Of a DNA stretch of 64,000 bases, positions 34,949 through 43,688 are shown one piece after another. How positions within the stretch are numbered: position 1 is the first letter of the stretch; each line of letters opens with the position of its first letter. Source of the DNA: Pseudomonadota bacterium (GTDB taxonomy: Bacteria > Pseudomonadota > Gammaproteobacteria > Burkholderiales > SG8-39); the NCBI GenBank assembly GCA_027624175.1, contig JAQBXT010000003.1:1162-65161 (forward strand), written 5' to 3'. The notes under the pieces are model-generated. The model made no database searches. It saw only the letters and a list, made by a program, of their open reading frames with translations, and was not told the DNA's origin. The position numbers were made by a program, and so were the translations under genes.

Positions 34949-34955
34949 GAGAACC

Positions 34956-35777
34956 ATGGAAAAAGCGCAGAACGTCATCGACCAGGCCTGGGAGAACCGG
35001 GCCTTGCTCACGCCAGCCTCCGCGCCGCTCGAATTGCGCGAGGCGATCGAGTTCGCGCTCGCCGGCCTGGACGACGGCACGCTGCGCGTGGCCGAGAAGC
35101 GCGGCGGCGAGTGGATCACGCACCAGTGGCTGAAAAAGGCGGTGCTGCTTTCGTTCCGGCTGGAAGACAACCGTCTGATGGCGGGCGCGTCCACCAACTA
35201 TTACGACAAGGTGGCGGGGAAGTTCGAGGGCTACGACAGCGCGGATTTCGCTCGCGGCGGGTTTCGCGTGGTGCCGCCGGCCATGGCGCGGCGCGGGGCG
35301 TTCCTGGCAAAAAACGTGGTGCTGATGCCCTCCTACGTGAACGTCGGCGCCTACGTCGACGAAGGCACGATGGTGGATACCTGGGCCACCGTCGGCTCCT
35401 GCGCCCAGATCGGCAAGAACGTGCACCTCTCGGGCGGCGTGGGCATCGGCGGCGTGCTCGAGCCGGTGCAGGCCAATCCGGTGATCATCGAGGACAACTG
35501 CTTCATCGGCGCGCGCTCCGAGGTGGTGGAGGGCGTGATCGTCGAAGAGAACAGCGTCATCTCGATGGGCGTGTTTCTCGGCCAGAGCACGAAGATCTTC
35601 GATCGAGAATCGGGCCAGATCCACTACGGGCGGGTGCCCGCGGGCTCGGTGGTGGTGGCCGGCACCTTGCCTTCGGGGGACCGCAGCTGCGCCCTGTACT
35701 GCGCGGTCATCGTCAAGCGGGTGGACGCGAAGACGCGGGCCAAAACCAGTCTGAACGAGTTGCTCCGAGGCGATTAA
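34956..35777 (+). CDS. dapD: 2,3,4,5-tetrahydropyridine-2,6-dicarboxylate N-succinyltransferase
   Basis: GGAG plus 5 nt before ATG 34956; [18 protein letters not shown] ... hexapeptide repeats ... KTSLNELLR. Confidence 0.93.
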   Translation: MEKAQNVIDQAWENRALLTPASAPLELREAIEFALAGLDDGTLRVAEKRGGEWITHQWLKKAVLLSFRLEDNRLMAGASTNYYDKVAGKFEGYDSADFARGGFRVVPPAMARRGAFLAKNVVLMPSYVNVGAYVDEGTMVDTWATVGSCAQIGKNVHLSGGVGIGGVLEPVQANPVIIEDNCFIGARSEVVEGVIVEENSVISMGVFLGQSTKIFDRESGQIHYGRVPAGSVVVAGTLPSGDRSCALYCAVIVKRVDAKTRAKTSLNELLRGD

Positions 35778-35810
35778 ACTAGCGGGGTCGCGCACCCCCG
35801 GAGGTATGCC

Positions 35811-36996
35811 ATGTCGGCAATGAAACGCCTGTTCCAGCTGATGGCCGATAAGAAGGCCTCGGACATCTTCCTGTCGATCGGGGCGCCGATCAACATCAAG
35901 ATCAACGGCCTGGCCATGCCGGTGAATCAGACCATCCTCACGCCCAGCGCGGTGCAGACCCTGCTGTACGAGGTGCTGAATGAACACCAGGTGCGCGAAT
36001 TCGAGGAAGAGCTCGAACTGAACACCGCCTACACCCTGGAAGGCGTGGGCACGTTCCGCATCAGCGCGTCCCGGCAAAAAGGGACGCCCGCGGTGGTGGT
36101 GCGCTACATTCCGGGCGCGGTGCCGCCGCTCGATTCCCTCGGCCTGCCCCCGGTGCTGAAGGAAATCGTGATGCAGAAGCGCGGCCTGGTCCTGATGATC
36201 GGCGCCACCGGTTCGGGCAAGTCGACCTCGCTGGCGGCGATGATCGACTACCGCAACAGAGAGAAATCGGGCCACATCCTGACACTCGAGGACCCGGTCG
36301 AGTACATCTTCAAGAACCGCAAATCCATCGTCAACCAGCGCGAGATCGGCACCGACACCAAGGCCTTCCACGTGGCCCTGAAAAACGCCCTGCGCCAGGC
36401 GCCGGACTGCATCCTGATCGGCGAGATCCGGGATCCCGAGACCATGTCCATGGCGTTGCAGTACGCGCAGTCCGGCCACCTGGCCCTGGCCGACCTTGCA
36501 CGCCAACAACAGCTACCACGCGATGAACCGGATCGTCAGTTTCTATCCGCTGGAGAACCGCCCCTCGCTGCTGCTGGACCTCTCGGCATCGCTGCAGGCG
36601 GTCATTTCGCAGCGCCTGGTGCGCACCAAGACCGGGCAGCGCAAGGTGGCCTGCGAGGTATTGCTCAATACGCGGCACGTCGCGGAACTGATCGAGAAAG
36701 GCGAGATCAGCGCGATCAAGGAAGCCATGGAGAAGAGCATGGCGCCGGGTTCGCAGACCTTCGAGCAGTCGCTGTTCAAGCTGTTCGTGGAGGGCCACAT
36801 CTCCCAGGACGAGGCGATGCTCAACGCCGATTCCTCCACCAACATGCTGTGGCTCATCAACCAGGCCACAGCAGGCCAGATCACCTCCGGCCAGGTCTCG
36901 GTACCCGTGAGCGGCGGGAAGAAGAAAGGCGACAAGGGCCTGCTCGCCGGGAACGGGGCGTCCTTCACCGACATCAAGATCGACGTGACCACCTGA
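35811..36996 (+). pseudogene. pilU: PilU-type (PilT/PilU family) type IV pilus retraction ATPase, frame broken by one extra base near 36488-36495
   Basis: Frame 1 reads MSAMKRLFQLMADKKASDIFLS ... GATGSGKSTSLAAM (Walker A) ... ILIGEIRDPET ... AQSGHLAL and then junk. Frame 2 (ORF 36496..36996) reads HANNSYHAMNRIVSFYP ... LLNT ... QTFEQSLF. The join restores ...LALATLHANN.... Confidence 0.88.
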
Positions 36997-36997
36997 G

Positions 36998-38125
36998 GTG
37001 AATTCAGCGCTCGATCTCGCCCGGGAGCTGATCGGCCGCAAGTCCGTAACGCCCGAGGACGCGGGCTGCCAGGGCCTGCTGGCATCGCGCCTGTCGCAGG
37101 CCGGATTCCGCTGCGAAGACGCGAGCACCGGCGGCGTCGCCAACCTGTGGGCCAGGCGCGGCGCCACGCCGCCCCTGCTGTGCTTCGCCGGCCACACCGA
37201 TGTCGTTCCGCCCGGCCCGCTGGACCAGTGGCATTCCGATCCGTTCGTGCCCACGGTGCGCGACGGCAAGCTGTACGGGCGCGGCGCCGCGGACATGAAA
37301 TCCTCGATCGCCGCCTTTGTCGTCGCCGTCGAGCAGTTCACGCTCGAGCGTCCCAACCATACCGGCTCCGTCGCGCTGCTCATCACCTCCGATGAGGAAG
37401 GGCCGTCGGTGGACGGCACGGTGCGCGTTGTCGAGCGCCTGAAACAACGCGGCGAGACCATCGACTACTGCATCGTCGGCGAGCCCTCTTCCACCGCTGC
37501 GCTCGGCGATACCATCAGGCACGGGCGCCGCGGCTCGCTCTCCGGCAAGCTGACGGTGCGCGGCGTGCAAGGACACACGGGCTATCCGCAACTGGCGCGC
37601 AACCCGATCCACGAGCTTGCGCCGGCGCTGGCCGAACTGGTGGCGATGCGTTGGGACGACGGCAACGAGTCTTTCCCTCCGACCGCCTGGCAGGTTTCCA
37701 ACATCCATGCCGGGACTGGCGTGGGCAATATCATTCCGGGTTCGCTGGTACTCGACTTCAATTTCCGTTTCTCCACCGCCAGCACGGAGCAGTCGCTCAA
37801 GCAGCGTCTGGACGCGGTGCTACGCAAGCACAAGCTGGATTGTGTTATCGAGTGGACCCTGGGCGGTAAGCCCTTCCTCACCGAGCGCGGCAAGCTGGTC
37901 GACATCGTGTCGCGGGCGATTCAGGCGCATGCCGGCCGCGCGCCGGAACTCTCCACCGCCGGCGGCACCTCGGACGGGCGCTTTATCGCCGACATCTGCC
38001 CGCAGATCGTCGAATTGGGTCCGGTCAACTCCAGCGTGCACAAACTCAACGAGCACATCGAGCTGTCGGCGCTGGAACAACTGCCGCGCATCTACCTCGA
38101 CACGCTGCGCGCGCTGCTGCCTTGA
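36998..38125 (+). CDS. dapE: Succinyl-diaminopimelate desuccinylase
   Basis: GTG 36998; [21 protein letters not shown] ... [11 protein letters not shown] ... [10 protein letters not shown] ... SDEEG. Confidence 0.93.
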   Translation: MNSALDLARELIGRKSVTPEDAGCQGLLASRLSQAGFRCEDASTGGVANLWARRGATPPLLCFAGHTDVVPPGPLDQWHSDPFVPTVRDGKLYGRGAADMKSSIAAFVVAVEQFTLERPNHTGSVALLITSDEEGPSVDGTVRVVERLKQRGETIDYCIVGEPSSTAALGDTIRHGRRGSLSGKLTVRGVQGHTGYPQLARNPIHELAPALAELVAMRWDDGNESFPPTAWQVSNIHAGTGVGNIIPGSLVLDFNFRFSTASTEQSLKQRLDAVLRKHKLDCVIEWTLGGKPFLTERGKLVDIVSRAIQAHAGRAPELSTAGGTSDGRFIADICPQIVELGPVNSSVHKLNEHIELSALEQLPRIYLDTLRALLP

Positions 38126-38991
38126 TCCTGAAGGAGCTGGTCCGCGACGCGCGGCAACGGCTGCGCAAGGCGCGACTGCATTACGGCCACGGCACCTCCA
38201 ACGCGCGCGACGAAGCCGCGTTCCTGGTGTTGCGCGGGCTCGGGTTGAAATTCGGGTCGCCGGCGGACCTGCCGGTCAGGCGCCGTGATCAAGCCCGCAT
38301 TGAGCGCCTCCTGGCACGCCGCATCCGCGAACGAGTGCCCATCGCCTACCTGCTCAACGAGGCCTGGCTCGCGGACCAGCCGTTCTACGTCGACCGGCGC
38401 GTCATCATCCCCCGGTCGCACATCGCGCAGTTGCTGCTCGAACGCCTGCGACCCTGGCTGCGCCGTCCGGTGCGGCGCGCACTGGACCTGTGCACCGGCT
38501 CGGGCTGTCTTGCGGTCCTTGCCGCGCAGGCGTTCCCGCGTGCGCGCGTCGATGCTTCTGATCTATCCCGGGGTGCGCTTGCCGTGGCGAGACGAAACGT
38601 CGCCAAACATCGATTGCGCAGCCGAGTTCGACTCGTGAAGTCGGACTTGATGACTGGCCTGGGGAGACGCCGCTATGACCTGATCGTCTGCAACCCGCCT
38701 TACGTGAACGCGCCGTCGATGCGCAACTTGCCGCGCGAGTACCTGCACGAACCGCGCATGGCGCTGGCCGGCGGGAGGGACGGACTGGAACTGGTGCGAT
38801 CCATCCTGCAGCAGGCGGGCGAGCACCTGGCCCCGCGGGGGCTGCTGGTGTGCGAGATCGGCTCGGGCCGCAAGGCGCTGGAGCGCGCGTTTCCGCGCGT
38901 GGCGTTCGCGTGGCCGCAGACCGCGGCGGGGAACGGTCAGGTGTTTCTGCTGCAGCGTGAGGATCTGCCGCGCCGGGAAGATGTGGGGTGA
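38122..38991 (+). CDS. prmB: 50S ribosomal protein L3 glutamine N5-methyltransferase
   Basis: TTG 38122 overlaps the dapE stop; [18 protein letters not shown] ... [12 protein letters not shown] ... IVCNPPYV. Start codon uncertain. Confidence 0.82.
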   Translation: MILKELVRDARQRLRKARLHYGHGTSNARDEAAFLVLRGLGLKFGSPADLPVRRRDQARIERLLARRIRERVPIAYLLNEAWLADQPFYVDRRVIIPRSHIAQLLLERLRPWLRRPVRRALDLCTGSGCLAVLAAQAFPRARVDASDLSRGALAVARRNVAKHRLRSRVRLVKSDLMTGLGRRRYDLIVCNPPYVNAPSMRNLPREYLHEPRMALAGGRDGLELVRSILQQAGEHLAPRGLLVCEIGSGRKALERAFPRVAFAWPQTAAGNGQVFLLQREDLPRREDVG

Positions 38992-39059
38992 CCGATGGGA
39001 CTCGAACCCACAACAACTGGAATCACAATCCAGGACTCTACCATTGAGCTACGGCCACC
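38984..39059 (-). tRNA. tRNA-His (GTG anticodon)
   Basis: Minus strand: G(-1)-GTGGCCG-TA-GCTC-AATGGTA-GAGT-C-CTGGA-TTGTGAT-TCCAG-TTGTT-GTGGG-TTCGAGT-CCCAT-CGGTCAC-C-CCA. The cloverleaf folds; G-1:C73 is characteristic of bacterial tRNA-His, and CCA is encoded. Confidence 0.92.
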
Positions 39060-39078
39060 ATTGCGACGTCAATTCTAC

Positions 39079-39155
39079 TGGTCTGCCCGGCGGGACTCGA
39101 ACCCACAACCCCCAGCTTAGAAGGCTGGTGCTCTATCCGGTTGAGCTACGGGCAG
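39079..39155 (-). tRNA. tRNA-Arg (TCT anticodon)
   Basis: Minus strand: CTGCCCG-TA-GCTC-AACCGGATA-GAGC-A-CCAGC-CTTCTAA-GCTGG-GGGTT-GTGGG-TTCGAGT-CCCGC-CGGGCAG-A-CCA. 77 nt, CCA encoded. Confidence 0.9.
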
Positions 39156-39171
39156 CCGCCGGGCTTCCTGC

Positions 39172-39248
39172 TGGTCGGGGTGGAGAGATTCGAACTCCCG
39201 ACATCTTGCTCCCAAAGCAAGCGCGCTACCAGGCTGCGCTACACCCCG
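39172..39248 (-). tRNA. tRNA-Pro (TGG anticodon)
   Basis: Minus strand: CGGGGTG-TA-GCGC-AGCCTGGTA-GCGC-G-CTTGC-TTTGGGA-GCAAG-ATGTC-GGGAG-TTCGAAT-CTCTC-CACCCCG-A-CCA. 77 nt, CCA encoded. Confidence 0.92.
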
Positions 39249-39341
39249 AAAAGGGCGCCAATGATACTCTTTTTTCGGCTTGCTGCTGGATGGCTTTTCT
39301 GCTAAAAAGGGCGCCCTGCATTTTTCAGGCCGGCGCAGGAA

Positions 39342-39767
39342 ATGCCACTCGAGCTGAGCAGGAAAAGCTTCACGCCCTACGCGCAGAAGAAGGGCGAGGA
39401 CTACATGAACGCGAGAATGCGCACGCATTTCCGCAAGATGCTGGAGCAGCTGAAAGGCGAGCTGTCCGAAGAGATTGACCGCACCGTGCACACGATGCAG
39501 GACGAAGCCACGGTATTCGCCGATCCGAACGACCGTGCCAGCCAGGAATCGGATATGGCGCTCGAGCTGCGCAACCGCGACCGCGAGCGAAAACTGATCA
39601 AGAAGATCGACGAGACCATTGGCCGCATCGACGCCAACGAATACGGCTATTGCGAGAGCTGCGGCGTGGAGATCGGACTGAAGCGCCTGGAAGCGCGCCC
39701 GACCGCCACCCTGTGCATCGACTGCAAGACCCTGGACGAGCTGCGCGAGAAGCAGGTCGCGAAGTAG
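39342..39767 (+). CDS. dksA: RNA polymerase-binding transcription factor DksA
   Basis: 141 aa; FTPYAQKKGEDYMN ... coiled coil with DPNDRASQESD ... zinc finger CESCGVEIGLKRLEARPTATLCIDC. Confidence 0.93.
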   Translation: MPLELSRKSFTPYAQKKGEDYMNARMRTHFRKMLEQLKGELSEEIDRTVHTMQDEATVFADPNDRASQESDMALELRNRDRERKLIKKIDETIGRIDANEYGYCESCGVEIGLKRLEARPTATLCIDCKTLDELREKQVAK

Positions 39768-39785
39768 CGGTCCCGCACGAGTATG

Positions 39786-39814
39786 AAAAAGGGGCGCCCT
39801 GGGCGCCCCTTTTC
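39786..39814. terminator. Bidirectional rho-independent terminator between dksA and pnp
   Basis: AAAAA-GGGGCGCC-CTG-GGCGCCCC-TTTT: an 8-bp GC stem flanked by an A-run and a T-run, so it has a U-tract on both strands. Lies between two convergent genes. Confidence 0.8.
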
Positions 39815-39832
39815 GTTGCCGCCGGCCGTGCT

Positions 39833-41947
39833 TCAGGCCTGCTTGGCGGCCTCCGGCGCGCCGATCGCCTTCATCGACAGGCGCACGCGGCCCTTGTCGT
39901 CGGCCTCCAGCACCTTCACCTTGACGATCTGGCCTTCCTTGAGGTGGTCGGACACGGCGTTCACGCGCTCGTGGCTGATCTGGCTGATGTGCAACAGGCC
40001 GTCGCGGCCCGGCATCAGCTGCACGATGGCGCCGAAGTCGAGCAGACGCAGCACCGGGCCCTCGTAGATCCTGCCCACCTCGACGTCGGCGGTGAGCTCC
40101 TGGATGCGCTTGCGCGCCGCCTCGCCGCCTTCGGCGATGACGCAGGCGATGGAGATGGTGCCGTCGTCCTCGATCTCGATGGTGGTGCCGGTTTCCTCCT
40201 GGATGCCGCGGATCACCACGCCACCCTTGCCGATCACGTCGCGGATCTTGTCCGGGTTGATCTTGATCTTGATGATGCGCGGCGCGAAGCTGGACAGTTC
40301 AGTGCGCGAGCCGTCGATCGCCTGCTTCATGATCTGCAGGATCTGCAGGCGCGCATCGCGCGCCTGGTCCAGCGCAATCTTCATGATGCCCTGCGTGATG
40401 GACTCGATCTTGAGGTCCATCTGCAGCGCCGTGACCCCGCTCTCGGTGCCCGCCACCTTGAAATCCATGTCGCCGAGATGATCCTCGTCGCCAAGAATGT
40501 CGGACAGCACTGCGAAGCGGGCGCCTTCCTTGATCAGGCCCATGGCGATACCCGCCACGTGCGCCTTGATCGGCACGCCCGCGTCCATCAGCGCCATGCT
40601 GCCGCCGCAGACCGAAGCCATGGAGGACGAACCGTTCGACTCCGTGATCTCGGATACCACGCGCAGCGAATAGCCAAAGTCCTCGGCAGACGGCAGCAAT
40701 GCCACCAATGACCGCTTGGCAAGCCGGCCATGACCGATCTCGCGGCGCTTGGTGAAGCCGAAGCGCCCGGTTTCGCCGGTGGCGTAAGGCGGCATGTTGT
40801 AGTGGAACATGAAGCGCTCGCGGTACTCGCCGGCCAGCGCGTCGATGATCTGTTCGTCGCGCCCGGTGCCCAGCGTCACGCTGACCAGCGCCTGGGTCTC
40901 ACCCCGCGTGAACAGCGCCGAGCCATGGGTGCGCGGCAACACGCCGACGCGCACGCTGATCGGCCGCACGGTGCGCGTGTCGCGGCCGTCGATGCGCGGC
41001 TCGCCGTCCAGGATCTGGGTGCGGACGATCTTCGATTCGAGGTTGAAGAACACATCCTTGGCGGCGTTCGGCGCCAGCGGGAGCCCGGCAGCCTTGGCTT
41101 CCTCTTCCAGCCTGGCCACCGTCGCCTTGCGGATCTCGTTCAAGCGCGTGTTGCGCGCCTGCTTCTGCTTCATGTCGAACGCGGCGCGCAGATCGGCTTC
41201 CGCCAGCGCCTCCACACGCCCGATCAGGGCTTCATTCTTCGCCGGCGGCTGCCAGTCCCAAGCGGGTTTTCCCGCGGCCTCGGCCAGTTCGTCGATGGCC
41301 TGGATCGCGGCCTGCATCTTCTCGTGCCCGAACATCACGCCGCCGAGCATCACATCCTCGGCCAGTTCCTTTGCTTCCGACTCGACCATCAGCACGCCCT
41401 GCTCGGTGCCGGCGACGACCAGGTTGAGCTTCGATTCCTTGAGCTGGGTCGCCGACGGGTTGAGCACGTACTGACCGTCGACGTAGCCAACGCGGCAGGC
41501 GCCGATCGGACCGTTGAAGGGGATGCCCGAGAGGGTCAGCGCCGCTGACACCGCCAGCATTGCCGGGATGTCGGAATCCACTTCCGGGTTCAGCGACAGC
41601 ACCTGGGCCACCACCTGCACCTCATTGAAGAACCCGTCCGGAAACAATGGGCGGATCGGCCGGTCGATCAGGCGCGAGGTCAGGATTTCCTTCTCCGAAG
41701 GGCGTCCTTCGCGCTTGAAGAAGCCGCCCGGGATCTTGCCCGCGGCATAGGTTCTTTCGGAATAGTCCACCGTCAGCGGGAACCAGTCCTGGCCCGCCTT
41801 CGGTTCCTTCGCGCCCACCACGGTGGCCAGCACCACGGTGTCATCGATGGTGCAGACTACGGCGCCATGCGCCTGTCGGGCGATTTCGCCGGTTTCGAGC
41901 GTGACTTGCTGGTCGCCCAGCGTGAAAGTTTTCTTGATCGGATTCAA
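39833..41947 (-). CDS. pnp: Polyribonucleotide nucleotidyltransferase (PNPase)
   Basis: TTG 41947 preceded by GAGGA; [30 protein letters not shown] ... two RNase PH domains, KH, S1 ([21 protein letters not shown]). Confidence 0.95.
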   Translation of the reverse strand: MNPIKKTFTLGDQQVTLETGEIARQAHGAVVCTIDDTVVLATVVGAKEPKAGQDWFPLTVDYSERTYAAGKIPGGFFKREGRPSEKEILTSRLIDRPIRPLFPDGFFNEVQVVAQVLSLNPEVDSDIPAMLAVSAALTLSGIPFNGPIGACRVGYVDGQYVLNPSATQLKESKLNLVVAGTEQGVLMVESEAKELAEDVMLGGVMFGHEKMQAAIQAIDELAEAAGKPAWDWQPPAKNEALIGRVEALAEADLRAAFDMKQKQARNTRLNEIRKATVARLEEEAKAAGLPLAPNAAKDVFFNLESKIVRTQILDGEPRIDGRDTRTVRPISVRVGVLPRTHGSALFTRGETQALVSVTLGTGRDEQIIDALAGEYRERFMFHYNMPPYATGETGRFGFTKRREIGHGRLAKRSLVALLPSAEDFGYSLRVVSEITESNGSSSMASVCGGSMALMDAGVPIKAHVAGIAMGLIKEGARFAVLSDILGDEDHLGDMDFKVAGTESGVTALQMDLKIESITQGIMKIALDQARDARLQILQIMKQAIDGSRTELSSFAPRIIKIKINPDKIRDVIGKGGVVIRGIQEETGTTIEIEDDGTISIACVIAEGGEAARKRIQELTADVEVGRIYEGPVLRLLDFGAIVQLMPGRDGLLHISQISHERVNAVSDHLKEGQIVKVKVLEADDKGRVRLSMKAIGAPEAAKQA

Positions 41948-41976
41948 GGGATATCCTCGGTCGGTAGACGCAATTT

Positions 41977-42001
41977 AAAAACGCTCATCGAGCGACGAGC
42001 G
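41977..42001 (-). terminator. Putative rpsO terminator/attenuator hairpin upstream of pnp
   Basis: The minus strand reads CGCTCGTCGCTCGATGAGCG followed by TTTTT, about 28 nt after the rpsO stop. The stem is short (5-6 bp), so confidence is moderate. An rpsO-pnp intergenic hairpin is known in E. coli. Confidence 0.45.
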
Positions 42002-42029
42002 TGCGTTGCCGCGGCATCGGCGGGAATTA

Positions 42030-42299
42030 CTACTTGCGCAGACTGAGCCGCTCGATGACCGAGCGGTACTTGTCGGCGTCCGTGCGCCTCAGGTAATCGA
42101 GCAGCTTGCGGCGCTGCGACACGAGCTTGAGCAGCCCGCGGCGCGAATGGAAGTCCTTGACGTGCGACTTGAAGTGGCCGGCAAGGCTGTTGATGCGCTC
42201 GGTGAGCAGCGCGACTTGCACTTCAGACGAGCCGGTGTCTGTGCCGGAACGCTGGTACTGCTTGACGACTTGCGCTTTCTGCGCAACCTGTAAAGCCAT
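42030..42299 (-). CDS. rpsO: 30S ribosomal protein S15
   Basis: 89 aa; [48 protein letters not shown]. Confidence 0.96.
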   Translation of the reverse strand: MALQVAQKAQVVKQYQRSGTDTGSSEVQVALLTERINSLAGHFKSHVKDFHSRRGLLKLVSQRRKLLDYLRRTDADKYRSVIERLSLRK

Positions 42300-42322
42300 A
42301 CTTTCTCCTTGGTTAAGCCGGC

Positions 42323-42352
42323 ATTTTAGCCGAGGCTCCTAGTGGACCACAA
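42323..42352 (-). promoter_or_regulatory. Putative sigma70-type promoter for rpsO
   Basis: The minus strand reads TTGTGG, an 18-nt spacer, then TAAAAT; about 20 nt further on come AAGGAG and the rpsO ATG. Motif match only. Confidence 0.35.
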
Positions 42353-42363
42353 GTTTTTTTATG

Positions 42364-43272
42364 TTATTCAGCCGCTTGCGATGTTTCCGGCGGTTTCGCG
42401 ATCAGCCTGCGCGGGTGCAGATCCCCGCTGGCGGCGGCCTCGCCGACGCCAAGCAGGGCGCCTCGCTCGCGGTACACACTGCAGCGCCCGGCAGCGATCT
42501 GCGCCAGCCTGATCACCTGCCCCTGTTCGAAGCGGTCCGCCATTGGCGCGGGCAGGTCGACGCGCGGCAAGCCATCCAGCAGCCGCTCGGTGGACAGCAG
42601 CCATCGATCGCGCCCCGCAGCGTCGGCCTCCTGCAGCTGACCCAAGGTGACTGCGTCCTGCACGAGAAACCCGCTCGCCGCAGTCCGGCGCAGGCCGCTC
42701 AGGTGGGCGCCCGGGCCCAGTGCCCGACCGATGTCCTCGACCAGCGTGCGCACATACGTGCCTTTGCTGCACCGGACGCGCAATTCCAGGGTGTCGCCTT
42801 CGAAGCGCAGCAGGGTCAACTCGTGGATCCGCACTCGGCGCGGCGCGCGCGCGACGGTCTCTCCCTTGCGCGCCAGCGCGTAGAGCGGCCGGCCCTCGTG
42901 CTTCAGCGCCGAGAACATGGGCGGAACCTGCTCGATTTCGCCGCGAAATGCCGCGAGCACGGGCTCGATCGAGGCGAGGCTGAGCTGCACCGGCCTGCGC
43001 TCGAGCACCTGCCCTTCGGCGTCGCCCGTGGTGGTGGTGACGCCCAGCTGCGCCTGGGCCAGATATTCCTTGTCGGCCTCGAGCACCATCTGCGAAAACT
43101 TGGTGGCTTCGCCGAACAGCACCGGCAGCAGCCCCGAGGCGAGCGGGTCCAGGGTGCCCGCATGGCCCGCTTTCTCGGCCCGATACAAGCGCTTGACCGA
43201 CTGCAGCGCGGCATTCGATCCGATGCCGACCGGCTTGTCGAGCAGCAGGACACCGTCGAGCCGGCGGCGCAT
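42364..43272 (-). CDS. truB: tRNA pseudouridine(55) synthase
   Basis: LDGVLLLDKPVGIGSNAALQSVKRLYRAEKAGHAGTLDPLASGLLPV... Confidence 0.95.
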   Translation of the reverse strand: MRRRLDGVLLLDKPVGIGSNAALQSVKRLYRAEKAGHAGTLDPLASGLLPVLFGEATKFSQMVLEADKEYLAQAQLGVTTTTGDAEGQVLERRPVQLSLASIEPVLAAFRGEIEQVPPMFSALKHEGRPLYALARKGETVARAPRRVRIHELTLLRFEGDTLELRVRCSKGTYVRTLVEDIGRALGPGAHLSGLRRTAASGFLVQDAVTLGQLQEADAAGRDRWLLSTERLLDGLPRVDLPAPMADRFEQGQVIRLAQIAAGRCSVYRERGALLGVGEAAASGDLHPRRLIAKPPETSQAAE

Positions 43273-43616
43273 CAGTCCTTGGGCCGGACGCTGTCGATCA
43301 GCTGCGACAGGTGCGCGCCCCGCTCCACCGATTCGTCGTACTTGAAGCGCAGCTGCGGGGTCGTATACATCTTGATGCGCCGGGCGAGGCTGCTGCGCAG
43401 GAACCCGGCCGCCCTGCCCAGGGCCTGCTCGGCCGCTTCTGCCTGCGCGCGCTCAAGGCAGGTGAAGTACACGACGGCATGCGACAGGTCGGGCGCCGCG
43501 TCGACGGCCGTGATGGTGACCAGTGCGAGCCGCGGATCCTGCAATTCGCGCCTGATGACTTCGGAAAGCTCGCGCTGGATCTGATCGGCCACCCGCCGCG
43601 GCCGGCCGCGGCTCAC
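43272..43616 (-). CDS. rbfA: Ribosome-binding factor A
   Basis: GTG 43616; VSRGRPRRVADQIQRELSEVIRREL.DPRL..VTITAVD...DLSHAVVYF. Confidence 0.9.
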   Translation of the reverse strand: MSRGRPRRVADQIQRELSEVIRRELQDPRLALVTITAVDAAPDLSHAVVYFTCLERAQAEAAEQALGRAAGFLRSSLARRIKMYTTPQLRFKYDESVERGAHLSQLIDSVRPKD

Positions 43617-43688
43617 GAGGGGACCCTCGCCTCGCTCACAAGGGGACCCTCGCCTCGCTCACAAGGGGACCCTCGCCTCCCTCACAAC
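43611..43688 (-). repeat. 23-bp tandem repeat, 3 full copies plus an 8-nt partial copy, filling the infB-rbfA spacer
   Basis: Plus-strand units are gctcacGaggggaccctcgcctc (43611-43633), gctcacAaggggaccctcgcctc (43634-43656) and gctcacaaggggaccctcgcctc (43657-43679), followed by cctcacaa. Copies differ by at most 1 nt. Confidence 0.95.

Noticed and set aside
35779-35800. A GC hairpin (CGGGGT-CGCGC-ACCCCG) between dapD and pilU, considered as a terminator.
   Set aside because: No U-tract follows, and it abuts the pilU GGAGG ribosome-binding site. More likely a neutral or mRNA-stability structure; not called.
38984-39341. The tRNA cluster as an integration site for a genomic island.
   Set aside because: Both flanks are core genes (prmB, dksA) immediately adjacent. 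There is no integrase, no duplicated tRNA 3' end and no compositional shift.
43611-43688. Whether the 23-bp repeat could be a miniature CRISPR array.
   Set aside because: The copies are directly abutting with no spacers, there are only about 3.3 units, and no cas genes occur anywhere in the window. It is a simple tandem repeat.
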